Shown in pieces: positions 42,879 through 52,698 of a DNA stretch of 64,000 nt. Below the pieces are notes generated by a model, which saw nothing but the letters and a program-made list of their open reading frames with translations, did no database searches and was not told where the DNA came from. The stretch comes from Nitrosopumilus sp. (GTDB taxonomy: Archaea > Thermoproteota > Nitrososphaeria > Nitrososphaerales > Nitrosopumilaceae): positions 2,080,001 through 2,144,000 of the forward strand of contig OZ240211.1 in the NCBI GenBank assembly GCA_965197525.1. Reading direction: 5' to 3'. The position numbers and the translations under genes were made by a program. Positions within the stretch are counted from its first letter, which is position 1. The number at the start of each line of letters is the position of its first letter.

Positions 42879-43233
42879 ACTGTATCCATGATTGATATTT
42901 TTTAAATAGGTTATTGCCGCTGTTTTAATTAGAATCAACCGATCCATCGTCGTTAAATCAACCACAATCAGAATTTTACCGCCTGTGTTATTTTTTTTGT
43001 GACTGTTTGTGTCGTACTTTAATCCACGTATCATTACGATCTCCGTCTAACTGATCACAATAAAAGCAATTGATCCGTCATTACTAGAGTTGATTTGTTG
43101 AATGAACAGTGAGAGAATACCAAGATCAGAACAAAAACTGTGGCTCTGGTAGCAAACTAGAAACACTATACGCCGTACATACACACCATTATTAACACTA
43201 GTCTAAAAAATAATTAAAACGGTAATGCAGTTA

Positions 43234-43545
43234 TTATGGATTTATTTCCATGGTACCAAATTTACCTTTGGTCAGTGCTACTTCCCCTCTAAACTCATTT
43301 GTATATCCGTTTGTAATGACAACTTCATCATTAGTATTCACTTTTTCAATGTCGTCGCCCCACAACGTGAGTTTCATTTCGTTGTCTTCACCTTCTCCAT
43401 CAGATATGACTGCGTCACAAACCTGAATCGTTCCTCCGCTCTTGAGATTTACGGTCCTAGGATCACTTTTGCTTTTTACTCTTGCTTTGACATTAACTCC
43501 ACTTCGCATTGTTTTTGCCTGTGAAATTGGCATTGATTCTGTCAT
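43234..43545 (-). CDS. ssb: Single OB-fold ssDNA-binding protein (SSB/RPA-like)
   Basis: VNVKARV...ISDG...KLTLWGDD...ITNGY...LTKGKFG OB-fold pattern. Confidence 0.85.
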   Translation of the reverse strand: MTESMPISQAKTMRSGVNVKARVKSKSDPRTVNLKSGGTIQVCDAVISDGEGEDNEMKLTLWGDDIEKVNTNDEVVITNGYTNEFRGEVALTKGKFGTMEINP

Positions 43546-43716
43546 ATTGTTTTGAAACAATATAGCACGATTATAAGCTTTTGTGAAAACGATTTTTCTA
43601 TTATATAACAATTAAATCGATTTCGGTAGATGGAATTGTACCTAAAATTTAGTCGATTATGTTCTTAAATTAGGACAATTTGATGATGATGTAAAATAGT
43701 ACTGCACCAACACCAT

Positions 43717-43819
43717 GGTATGGCGGCTGCAAAAGTTACGGCATCAATAGGGACGGGCTTGTGTGTTCCAAGAAGACAAACCGTATGAAGAATTTCAGTA
43801 TTATCATCTTGTATGTTAT
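43717..43819. repeat. Left copy of a 103-bp degenerate direct repeat flanking AbiE module 2
   Basis: Aligns gaplessly with 46073-46175, about 11 mismatches; a further homologous block 43626-43716 matches about 45716-45810. Confidence 0.9.
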
Positions 43820-43975
43820 AGCAACGTGCACAAGTTTCTGTACATGATATTTTAGGCTGCTTTTCAAACATAAGACTGGTTTTTTTGAATAAAATGGTTC
43901 AAATCCTCTATCTCATGATCTAAAAAATACATGCCGTGAAAATGCAACTACGTGACTTGCAAATGGTATAGATCA

Positions 43976-44905
43976 TCAAGCATTAAATTTCTTAACGAGT
44001 TCTTGTAGATATTCGGTAAATCTGTCTATGAATCCATTGAATTCTTTTTTATCAATCTCTGCAATCAACAACTCTTCTTCTGCTCCCCATTCGAATACAT
44101 TGCCTTTCTTTACAAGTTTCTTTTTTTCTGCAAAATTATTTCGAAATCTTTCATAGTGCTCCAATGCAAAGTTAATTTTTTTGATTACGCACTCTTCCAT
44201 GGCTTCAGGATTTACTCCAAAATTCTTGGAAATTAGATACACATCCAGAAAATCCCTTGCCTTGATTCCTCTCCTAGTTAACAGTGCTCTGATCTTTTCG
44301 CTCAGGATTTCCTTTACATCATATAACCCAAAATGTATCTCTGAGGAATATTCATCATACTCGTCAAACACACCTTTTAGATCTCTGTGCTTTCCTCCAA
44401 TCAAGCTTTGCAGGCTCTTATTTTGTTGTTCCATGCATAATTCATCCATAAAATTTACCTGCACCTTCAAATCTACATCCTTTTTAAGAACTATTCCGTT
44501 ATAGTGAATATGAAACGTGGTTATTCTGCCACGGTTGGTTAACTCTACATATCTTCTATCACTTTTATCCCATTTAAAATCAAGATCTCGTTTGGCGGCT
44601 ATTCTTTCTAATATTCTTCCAGTCTGTTTCAGCACCTCTTCTAAATACCTGATAGTCTGACCTGATGTTTTTCCAACGAACTCTCCCTGTCTTTTCCAAG
44701 TAAAGTCAAGATCCTCGGAGAATCTATAGTATCCAAGATAACCTTTTATCAGACAGGTTCCACCCTTGAACAGAAAATTGTCCACAAAGTTTTTTTCACG
44801 GGATAGGTCGGCAAGTATTTGATGTAAGACGATGTCTTTCTCAATCTGTTCTTTTCTTGGAATTTTTTCTAATGCTGAGATTTGATCGATGAAATTCGAG
44901 TTCAT
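43976..44905 (-). CDS. AbiEii-family nucleotidyltransferase toxin (module 2)
   Basis: IEKDI, LFKGGTCL, YRFSEDLDF, LSEKIRAL and ARDFLDV motifs. Confidence 0.92.
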   Translation of the reverse strand: MNSNFIDQISALEKIPRKEQIEKDIVLHQILADLSREKNFVDNFLFKGGTCLIKGYLGYYRFSEDLDFTWKRQGEFVGKTSGQTIRYLEEVLKQTGRILERIAAKRDLDFKWDKSDRRYVELTNRGRITTFHIHYNGIVLKKDVDLKVQVNFMDELCMEQQNKSLQSLIGGKHRDLKGVFDEYDEYSSEIHFGLYDVKEILSEKIRALLTRRGIKARDFLDVYLISKNFGVNPEAMEECVIKKINFALEHYERFRNNFAEKKKLVKKGNVFEWGAEEELLIAEIDKKEFNGFIDRFTEYLQELVKKFNA

Positions 44906-45537
44906 TTAATCAACGCATCCACTATCTTTGTAACTGATTTTGGATAGTGTTCAAGATATCCAAATATCTTTTTCTGAGAAATATTTTCAGCCCATTCAGA
45001 CACATCCATCACAATTCTTTCATCATCTTTTCCTTCTTGCTTCCACAAATAAACAAAGTCCAAAATTGTTTTCTCTGGATCAGAGTAACATAGAAGGCCT
45101 TCTTTCTTTATTCCAAAACCAAATAACTGTGGGGCAAGTTTGATAAATTTGAATTTGCGTTCTGCAATCTTGATTGATTTTTGCCGGAAGATAGAATCGC
45201 TGATTACTTTATCGATTACAAAATATTCATGCGTCATACTGTTCAACTTCAATGCGGATTGAAGGCTAAAATACCAGTTTTTTACGCCCTTCATCTCAAG
45301 ACCTTTTGCAACTAGTTCTAGATGGTTGTACTTTCCACTTCCAAGCACCAATCCTTCGGGTGACCTAACATAAAATATTCCTTTGAAGATCCTAGTTAGG
45401 TGGCCTCGATGAACAAAGTTTGTGACGGTTATGTCATAATTCAGATGCAATCTTTTGCAGTAATCTTTGAGAATCTCAGAGGTGACAAACTCCTTCTTCT
45501 CTATCCATAACTTGTTGAGTAACTTGCTTACTTTCAA
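44902..45537 (-). CDS. AbiEi-family antitoxin (module 2)
   Basis: wHTH wing LTRIFKGIFYV, WYFSLQSAL, SDPEKTILDF; 4-bp overlap with the toxin gene. Confidence 0.88.
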   Translation of the reverse strand: MKVSKLLNKLWIEKKEFVTSEILKDYCKRLHLNYDITVTNFVHRGHLTRIFKGIFYVRSPEGLVLGSGKYNHLELVAKGLEMKGVKNWYFSLQSALKLNSMTHEYFVIDKVISDSIFRQKSIKIAERKFKFIKLAPQLFGFGIKKEGLLCYSDPEKTILDFVYLWKQEGKDDERIVMDVSEWAENISQKKIFGYLEHYPKSVTKIVDALIK

Positions 45538-45539
45538 TT

Positions 45540-45671
45540 ATATCACAATCTTTCACTATGTGATAGTTTATGATATATATAATAATCTTTCACTATGTGA
45601 TAGTTTATGATATATATCACAATCTTTCACTATATGATAGTTTATGATATATATCACAATCTTTCACTATG
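45540..45671. repeat. Tandem array of about 3.5 x 37 bp upstream of abiEi-2
   Basis: AATCTTTCACTAT starts at 45547, 45584, 45621 and 45658; unit AATCTTTCACTATGTGATAGTTTATGATATATATCAC. Confidence 0.95.
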
Positions 45672-45949
45672 TAAAATGTTATAATAGTCATGAAAAAAGT
45701 TTTTCGCTATCACAGTAGGTGAGATGTATCTAAAATCTAGTCGATTACGTTCCCAAATTAGGTCAACCTGATGATATAAAGTAATGACTGTACCAACAAC
45801 AACATCATGATGTTGCAAACGCATGTTAGTCTTGGCCGTGCAGACGTGTGTGACGGTCATGGAAAGGATACGTATGTCTTGTAACATGAGCGCATTATTT
45901 TAGGCAATATTTCAAAATGGCAACGGCAAGTCATGCATAGTATTCGGAC

Positions 45950-46014
45950 TAAAGATCCGGACAAATTTTCTAAAAAATCATTACTGGTAGTTGAAAAAAC
46001 TGTCCGGATCTTTA
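45950..46014. repeat. 14-bp perfect inverted repeat with 37-bp spacer
   Basis: TAAAGATCCGGACA at 45950-45963 and TGTCCGGATCTTTA at 46001-46014. Confidence 0.9.
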
Positions 46015-46059
46015 ATCAGATTACTATGCACATGTGGCGTGCCGTTCACATCAGCGTCT

Positions 46060-47250
46060 GTCACTGGGATAGGGTACGGCTACTGCAAAAGTTATGGCAT
46101 CAGTAGAGACGGGTTTGCGTGTTCCAAGAAGGCAAACCGTATGAAGAATTTCAGTATTATCGTCTTGCATGTTATCTTTGTCTTGAGATTGTCAGGACAT
46201 ACTCGCTGCTGTAGATATGGTGCCAACATCTGCGCGTTGAACAAAAGGATGATGTCATGAATAATAACGACACGTGTATGGACTCTTGCTTGCTAGTTGT
46301 TCTATGTTTCCTGGATTCTATACACCTGTACCATGTATCTATTATTGATCATCTGGACCGATACGCCTCTACAACGCTTCGGCCCGTTCATCTCACCGTG
46401 TTTGAATTTGCATGCTGTATCAATCGGAACGTTGATGGCAAACATGTGGATTACTTTTTCCTCTCTCTCGTAATCTTCTTCTAAAATGTTCAGTGTGATC
46501 TTTTCCTCTCTCGTGTCTCCGCCATCTGAGATCATGATATGCTGTGAGACTGTACCTCTTTTACCTGCCTTGGATTTGTTTATGGTCTTCTTGACGCCCT
46601 TTGTATGCGTTGCAGGTATCAGAAACTGCACATTTTTGGATCAGAGTATGTCTATCACATCAGCAGAAGAACATTTCCTGTCCAGTCGATGTTCTAATCC
46701 TGATATCCTTGTTTGTACACCCATCAACGAATTTTGAGATTATGTTCTGAATCTTGTCTCTCATTCTGACCGGTGTTGTTTCCTCCAGAAATGCTCTAGA
46801 ACCGCCGTCTACTGTACAGTTGATGGCAGTCAAGCAGTCGAAGACGTGATATGTTCCGTTCTTGAACTTTGAGATGATGGTGTTGAACATGCTGTACGTC
46901 TTGCCATATATTAGAAATGGTGTATTTGTCAATTACCACATCCACACGAGTTATGAACATGCCGTGTATTCTCGTCTCCGTCCTCATTACTGTGCAGTCT
47001 ACCATCTTGTGGTAGCGCGTCAGCAGCAGTCATGCCTGACTTGTTTTATCACGTCGGGCATCCATTTGTCGCACAATATGCGCTTGGCTTTTTTCGTTGT
47101 GTCCTATACAAACCAAGCGTTGTATGCACAGTATCTGCATACTGGCCGTACTTGCCCATGTCAAAGAATCGGGCCAAAAAGTTGCCATAACCGTACCAAG
47201 ACATTGCGTTTGTAAGAGCATTGAATCTTTGAGTTTGACAAAAACAATAC
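46060..47250 (-). pseudogene. Decayed gene, possibly an SF2 helicase / restriction-type protein
   Basis: Short overlapping ORFs in different frames; weak resemblance of MRDKIQ...RTSTGQE, FCxCDRHTLIQ and ILHTVCLLG...DAITF to helicase motifs Q/I, Ia and V. Confidence 0.3.
46073..46175. repeat. Right copy of the 103-bp degenerate direct repeat
   Basis: Matches 43717-43819. Confidence 0.9.
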
Positions 47251-47599
47251 ACTCATAATTTTAAATGTCTTTTATGTGTAGACTTGTTGGAGTTTGTGGT
47301 TTTATGTCATGTGATTATGAACACTCATACTCTCCACTTTAACCTCCAATATATACAAAGATGTTGTTTTTGATGCGTTTTTATTCATAAATTATGAGGA
47401 TTTAGAAAAAAAATACAATTCCATCTACTGAATCTACAAACAAACATGACGTCACAAGAGGCTGATTATATCTTGCCTTGTAATTAAAGATACTTGCAAA
47501 TAGATCACTTGGAAAAGCCAAAATGCTCGAAATATCTGTAACCTCTTTTACTCTACTCAAATAGCAATTGAGAAATATCGGTTATTCTGCACATTAATT

Positions 47600-47700
47600 G
47601 CAGAGGTATCGAAGCCCGGTCAACCGAGAGGGACTCAAGATCTTTAATATAAGAAATCCCTTCTTTTAGGAGTTCGTGGGTTCAAATCCCACCCTCTGCA
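47600..47700 (+). tRNA. trnL: tRNA-Leu(CAA) with a 16-nt intron at canonical position 37/38 (47640-47655)
   Basis: Acceptor GCAGAGG/CCTCTGC-A; anticodon stem AGGGA/TCCCT with CT-CAA-G; long variable arm; GGTTCAAATCC T-loop; TCTT/AAGA pairing within the intron; no encoded CCA. Confidence 0.93.
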
Positions 47701-48030
47701 CTAATTTCATCTTGAATCTTCTAAAACTACATTGCTACTGTCTTTACCTTACTTACAGAATGGTGTAGAATCTGTTTATGCATCTGAGCTACCTGCTCAT
47801 CCTTAAATGACAGATTGCACCTAAAACATTTCCATACCATCTCAGACACACTTTAAACTCATACAAATTGCTTATAAAGATATTGAACAATTGATCTTAT
47901 TCGTTATAATACCTGATCATTGTTTTATAAAACTTGTAACTTTTACATGTTTTTCGATTATAATTGAATTATTTCGTTGTTTAATTCTGACACAAGGGTT
48001 TAGAAACAAAACACGTTATACTATAACACG

Positions 48031-48651
48031 ATGACTGATTTTTTTGATACATTTGCAGAGTTTTCATATCTGGGAATATTCTTTGTTTTGGTACTAATCA
48101 ATGCAGCCCCTATCTTGATGCCTCCTAGCTGGATTGTTCTTGCATCTTTTTATCTCATTGACCCTACTCTGGATATCATAATTCTTGCTATGGTTGGTGC
48201 AACAGGGGCTACCTTGGGAAGATTTACACTTAAACGAATAAGTGGGTTGTTTAGAAGATTTGTTGGAGAAGAACAAAAATCCAATCTTGACATAATTGGC
48301 AGTTACCTAAATAAGAAGAGATACGGCTATCTTGCAGCTTCTTTCTTGTTTGGCGCAACCCCGCTCCCAAGCAACATACTTTTTATCACCTATGGATTAA
48401 TGCGTGCAAAAAGTCTTGGAATCTATGTGGGGTTCTGGCTTGGTAGAACCATCTCGTATGCTATAATGATCTATATTGGAAACATCGTACTGAGTCCAAT
48501 CTTGGCTATCTTTGAGGATCGCCTCGTTGGGATTTTGCTAATTGACGGTGCAGGCATAGGTCTGATTATCTTGTTTGCATCCATTAACTGGACTGTACTT
48601 ATCACTGAACGCAAGATCAAGTTTGTCAGACCAAAGATATGGAGGCTCTGA
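48031..48651 (+). CDS. Membrane protein (DedA/VTT-like)
   Basis: Multiple TM segments; GATGATLGRF and FLFGATPLPS motifs. Confidence 0.7.
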   Translation: MTDFFDTFAEFSYLGIFFVLVLINAAPILMPPSWIVLASFYLIDPTLDIIILAMVGATGATLGRFTLKRISGLFRRFVGEEQKSNLDIIGSYLNKKRYGYLAASFLFGATPLPSNILFITYGLMRAKSLGIYVGFWLGRTISYAIMIYIGNIVLSPILAIFEDRLVGILLIDGAGIGLIILFASINWTVLITERKIKFVRPKIWRL

Positions 48652-49292
48652 TGGAATCAGTCACGTCTCTTAAAATTCAAGTAAAAGATACCATGTCAAG
48701 TAATCGTTATGATGCAGCTCATGACTTTGCTCATATCATGCGTGTGTACACAAATGCTCAGAGCATATGTAAAGAAGAAAAACAAGCCAACGAAAAACTT
48801 GTTCTCTATGCAGCACTGTTACACGATATAGTGTCATATCCAAAATCTGACAGACGATCCAAACTTGCATCATCTCACAGTGCCCGGCAAGCAAAGCAAA
48901 TTCTAGCAGATTATGATACTGATTTAAACCAAGAAGACGTCAATATCATTTGTGATGCCATCTATGATCACAGTTTCTCACAAAACAGGGTTCCAAGAAC
49001 TATCGAGGGCAAAATCCTTCAGGATTCTGACAGGTTGGATGCACTAGGATCCATAGGCATTGCAAGGGTATTTGCTACAGGCGGCTTGCTTCAAAGACCG
49101 TTTTATAATACAGATGATCCATTCTGTAAGATACGCACACCTGACGATACCGTTTGGACAGTCGATCATTTCTTTGCAAAGTTATTCAAGCTTGAAGGGT
49201 TGATGAATACGAAATCAGGAAAAGCAGAGGCTGAGAGGAGAACTAGAATCCTAAAAGAGTTTCTGAATAATCTAAAACAAGAGATCATCTAG
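48639..49292 (+). CDS. HD-domain phosphohydrolase
   Basis: AHDFAHIMRV, AALLHDI and ILQDSDRLDALG motifs. Confidence 0.92.
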   Translation: MEALMESVTSLKIQVKDTMSSNRYDAAHDFAHIMRVYTNAQSICKEEKQANEKLVLYAALLHDIVSYPKSDRRSKLASSHSARQAKQILADYDTDLNQEDVNIICDAIYDHSFSQNRVPRTIEGKILQDSDRLDALGSIGIARVFATGGLLQRPFYNTDDPFCKIRTPDDTVWTVDHFFAKLFKLEGLMNTKSGKAEAERRTRILKEFLNNLKQEII

Positions 49293-49295
49293 AAT

Positions 49296-49610
49296 TTAGC
49301 CATAATCAACGTATCTGTCGTATCGCTTCTCTATCTCGTCGTTTGTCCCATTCTTTATCTTTGCATACTCGTCGTTTTTTCTCCATTCTATATACTTGCA
49401 AATATCTGCAAATGCCTCATCATCTTTTGGATATGACTCAAACACTGGTTCTACTAGTCGCAGATACTCTACTACCTTTTCTCGAAATTCTTCTCTTGTG
49501 GGTTTTTTGATTCCGTTCATTCTAAACCATACTACACTCCAGCTTGCACCTACAACATGTGGCAGTAAATCAAATGCTCTCTGAATCTCAAAGCGTTCGT
49601 CGTTTCTCAT
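49296..49610 (-). CDS. Hypothetical protein
   Basis: 104-aa ORF translationally coupled to hemB. Confidence 0.75.
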   Translation of the reverse strand: MRNDERFEIQRAFDLLPHVVGASWSVVWFRMNGIKKPTREEFREKVVEYLRLVEPVFESYPKDDEAFADICKYIEWRKNDEYAKIKNGTNDEIEKRYDRYVDYG

Positions 49611-50587
49611 GATCCCTGAAGAAACCTTGCAGCTGATTTTGCAAAATACGTTACTATCATGTCAGCCCCTGCCCTCTTAATAGAGTACAGAATCTCTTCT
49701 GTAATCTCTTTTTCATCCAAGTAACCTAACTGAGATGCTGCCTTGACTAGCGCGTATTCTCCTGAAACGCTATACGCTGAAACTGGAATGTTAAATCTTC
49801 TTCTTGTTTCTGCAATTAAATCTAAATATGATAACGCAGGTTTTATCATTACAATGTCTGCCCCTTCATTAATATCTGATTCCACTTCTAGCATAGCTTC
49901 TCTTGTATTTGTATACGGCATCTGGTATGTCTTCCTGTCTCCGAATTTTGGAGCACCGTCAGCGGCATCTCTGAATGGTGCATAAAAATTAGAACGATGT
50001 TTGGCAGAATGTGACATTATGGAGACATCTGTGAATCCTTGATCATCTAGCGCTCTTCTTATTGTAGATACCTGGCCATCCATCATTGCAGATGGCGATA
50101 CTGTGTCCACTCCTGCTTTTGCTTGACTGACTGCAATCTTTCCTAGTATGTCTATGGTACTATCATTGTCAATCTTATTTTCTTGCAAAACTCCGCAATG
50201 TCCGGAAGATGTAAATTGACACAGACACACATCTGCCATGATTACTATATTTTTACCAAAATTTTCTCTAATATTTGATATTGCTTTTTGCACAATTCCA
50301 TCATCATCCCACGCTGATCTGCCTAATTCGTCTTTTGCAGTCGGAATTCCAAAAAGCATAACTGCCGGAACTCCTAAATCCGTGATTGTAGCAATCTCTT
50401 TATTTACATCATTTAATGGCAGTCTCTCAATATCTGGCATCGGTTCTATTTTGATCCTATTTTTTATGTCCTCTTGGACAAATATTGGAGCAATGAAATC
50501 TTTTGGAGACAAATTTGACTGTTGAACTAGATTTCTCATATTTTCTGTAGTTCTCATTCTACGCAGCCGTCTTCTCGGAAATGACAT
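49607..50587 (-). CDS. hemB: Porphobilinogen synthase (ALA dehydratase)
   Basis: DVCLCQFTSSGHCG, SPSAMMDG, FYAPFRDA and MIKP motifs; start placed at MSFPRRR. Confidence 0.96.
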   Translation of the reverse strand: MSFPRRRLRRMRTTENMRNLVQQSNLSPKDFIAPIFVQEDIKNRIKIEPMPDIERLPLNDVNKEIATITDLGVPAVMLFGIPTAKDELGRSAWDDDGIVQKAISNIRENFGKNIVIMADVCLCQFTSSGHCGVLQENKIDNDSTIDILGKIAVSQAKAGVDTVSPSAMMDGQVSTIRRALDDQGFTDVSIMSHSAKHRSNFYAPFRDAADGAPKFGDRKTYQMPYTNTREAMLEVESDINEGADIVMIKPALSYLDLIAETRRRFNIPVSAYSVSGEYALVKAASQLGYLDEKEITEEILYSIKRAGADMIVTYFAKSAARFLQGS

Positions 50588-50627
50588 CTGGTAATAACTC
50601 TGCTCAATATTATAATAATTCTTGCTA

Positions 50628-51896
50628 CTACTTGTCTTGTGTTTTGTAGTCAAATAATTCAGTTGCCATCTCCACTATCTCCTCTTTACCTTGTTCTGAT
50701 GCTCGTCTGATGTTATTCATTGGAGTTGAAACTATGCTCTCTACAATTGCTTTTGTCAACTCGTCGATTATCTTGATCTTTTTATCGTCTGTCTCATCGA
50801 GCATCTGCAGAGCTTTTGTCAGCTCTTTTGTTCGTAAATTCTCAATATTCTTAAACACGCTCTTTACCATTGGTTCTGCATCTAATCTTTTCATTGAAGC
50901 CTCTAATACTGACACCTCTTCGTTAATTATATTTTCAACTATTCGCACCTTGTTTAGCCGCGCATTCATGTTTTTTTCAACCATCTCTGCAATTTGGTCC
51001 AGATTCATAAGCTTGACTCCTCTGATCTCTGCAACTTTCTCATCAACTGTTCTTGGATTTGACAGATCAAGTATCATCATTCCGTTGTTCTTGTTCTTCA
51101 TTGCCTCTACTATTCTCTGATTTGTGACTAGAAAATACGGCGCAGTAGTTGCAACAAACAGTATGTCATAGTTTTTAAACTCTGATAGCACGTCTTCGAA
51201 TTTTATTGGGGTTCCACCGCCCATCGTTTCACAAAACGTCTCTGATCGTCTTATGGTTCTGCTAGTGACATCAAAGTTATATCCTCGTCTCTGCAGCGAC
51301 TTTGCAACAAGCGTTGATACTTCGCCTGTTCCCATTAGTAACACTCTCTTTGTCTTCAAATCCTCAATGTTCTCCTCTGCGATCTTTACTGCCATGGAGC
51401 CTACCGATATTCCACCTGCTCCTATTCCACTAGAGCTTCTGATACGAGTTCCAATCTTGATTGCCTTGTCAAACAGCGTGTTCAGATACTGCCCTGATGC
51501 TTTTTCTTCTCTTGCACCTGTAATGGAGTTTTTTATCTGGCCTAAAATTTGCTCTTCTCCTAGTACCATGGAGTCAAGTCCTGATGTCAATTTTAGTATA
51601 TGGTGGAATACTTTTTGATTCTCCACAAACTCTATATTTTCATCACATATATCTCTGTCAAGTCCTGCAATTGACGCCCATGTTTTTTTGATCTCCTCTG
51701 AATTATGCGTATTTGCCCTTCCAAATATCTCTATCCTGTTACATGTCTGAATGATTACGCACTCGTCTAACTTTGTATGACCTTTGAACTGTTTGTATGC
51801 ATCTCTGATATCTTTGATGGTAAACTGCTCAAGAATGTGAATTGGAGAGTTACGAAAAGTGACACGTGCATTAATAATATTTTGATTCATCTCCAA
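50628..51896 (-). CDS. hemA: Glutamyl-tRNA reductase
   Basis: QTCNRIE, SGLDSMVLGEEQILGQ and DLSNPR motifs. Confidence 0.96.
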   Translation of the reverse strand: MEMNQNIINARVTFRNSPIHILEQFTIKDIRDAYKQFKGHTKLDECVIIQTCNRIEIFGRANTHNSEEIKKTWASIAGLDRDICDENIEFVENQKVFHHILKLTSGLDSMVLGEEQILGQIKNSITGAREEKASGQYLNTLFDKAIKIGTRIRSSSGIGAGGISVGSMAVKIAEENIEDLKTKRVLLMGTGEVSTLVAKSLQRRGYNFDVTSRTIRRSETFCETMGGGTPIKFEDVLSEFKNYDILFVATTAPYFLVTNQRIVEAMKNKNNGMMILDLSNPRTVDEKVAEIRGVKLMNLDQIAEMVEKNMNARLNKVRIVENIINEEVSVLEASMKRLDAEPMVKSVFKNIENLRTKELTKALQMLDETDDKKIKIIDELTKAIVESIVSTPMNNIRRASEQGKEEIVEMATELFDYKTQDK

Positions 51897-52543
51897 TTCT
51901 CCAATATTACCCTGGCTTCTTTTTCAGCTTTTTTTATCTGGCCGTCTTTTATTAACTGTTCAATCTTCTCGTTATTACTGATATGGCATAGATACTCTCT
52001 CCTGTTTTTCTGAATCGGTATATTTTTTTTTGCCATCTCTCGTGCCATCTCTTGAATTCTTATGTGCGCTACGTCCTCTTTGGTGATTACGTCTTTGAGC
52101 GCCTTCTCTATTCTTTCTTTAATCTTTTTTGAGATTATGGGGCTCTTGCCGCCTGTATGAATTGCTACCTTGACTGCTCCCTTAAAATCAATTACTGCGA
52201 GATTTGAGAAATCACTATTATCTGGATCGTCTGAACTGTACGCCATTACCATCTCTTTTTTGGCACCTTTGAGTATCTTTTGATTTGTCTCTTTGCTATT
52301 GGTAGTTGTGATGACGATGTCGGGCTTGAGTTTTAGAATTGGTTTTGCGTCTGCGACCTTTTTTTGTTTTACCAGTCTTATTTTTTTACTGTCTACCCAT
52401 CTCTTAATTGGTGCGTTTACTGCATCAGAGACTACCACTATCTTGCAGCCCTGATTCAACATACCCTTGATTCGTCTCTGTGCCTGTTCTCCTCCTCCGA
52501 CCACCACTATCTTCTTATCTTGAAGGTTTAGATTGACTATCAT
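51887..52543 (-). CDS. sirC: Precorrin-2 dehydrogenase / sirohydrochlorin ferrochelatase (SirC/CysG N-terminal)
   Basis: VVVGGG Rossmann motif and AIHTGGKSP; start uncertain (52543 or 52618). Confidence 0.85.
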   Translation of the reverse strand: MIVNLNLQDKKIVVVGGGEQAQRRIKGMLNQGCKIVVVSDAVNAPIKRWVDSKKIRLVKQKKVADAKPILKLKPDIVITTTNSKETNQKILKGAKKEMVMAYSSDDPDNSDFSNLAVIDFKGAVKVAIHTGGKSPIISKKIKERIEKALKDVITKEDVAHIRIQEMAREMAKKNIPIQKNRREYLCHISNNEKIEQLIKDGQIKKAEKEARVILENWR

Positions 52544-52698
52544 TTGATGTTCTGTTCTTTTTTTTCTATTTATGTGTGCAACATTGTTGACATTTGTAGG
52601 TAGTTTGGTAGTAGCCATCAGAAACACTTTGTTCTGTATTACATCGCTCTCTAAATAGGGAACGCAGGTTCTGTGAATATTTCTAATTAACAGAAATA

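Noticed and set aside
45540-45671. CRISPR array (37-bp repeat length is CRISPR-like)
   Set aside because: Units are contiguous with no unique spacers, and there are no cas genes in the window.
47600-47700. tRNA-Leu as the attachment site of an integrated element
   Set aside because: No duplicated tRNA 3' end and no integrase were found; the accessory DNA lies on the tRNA's 5' side.
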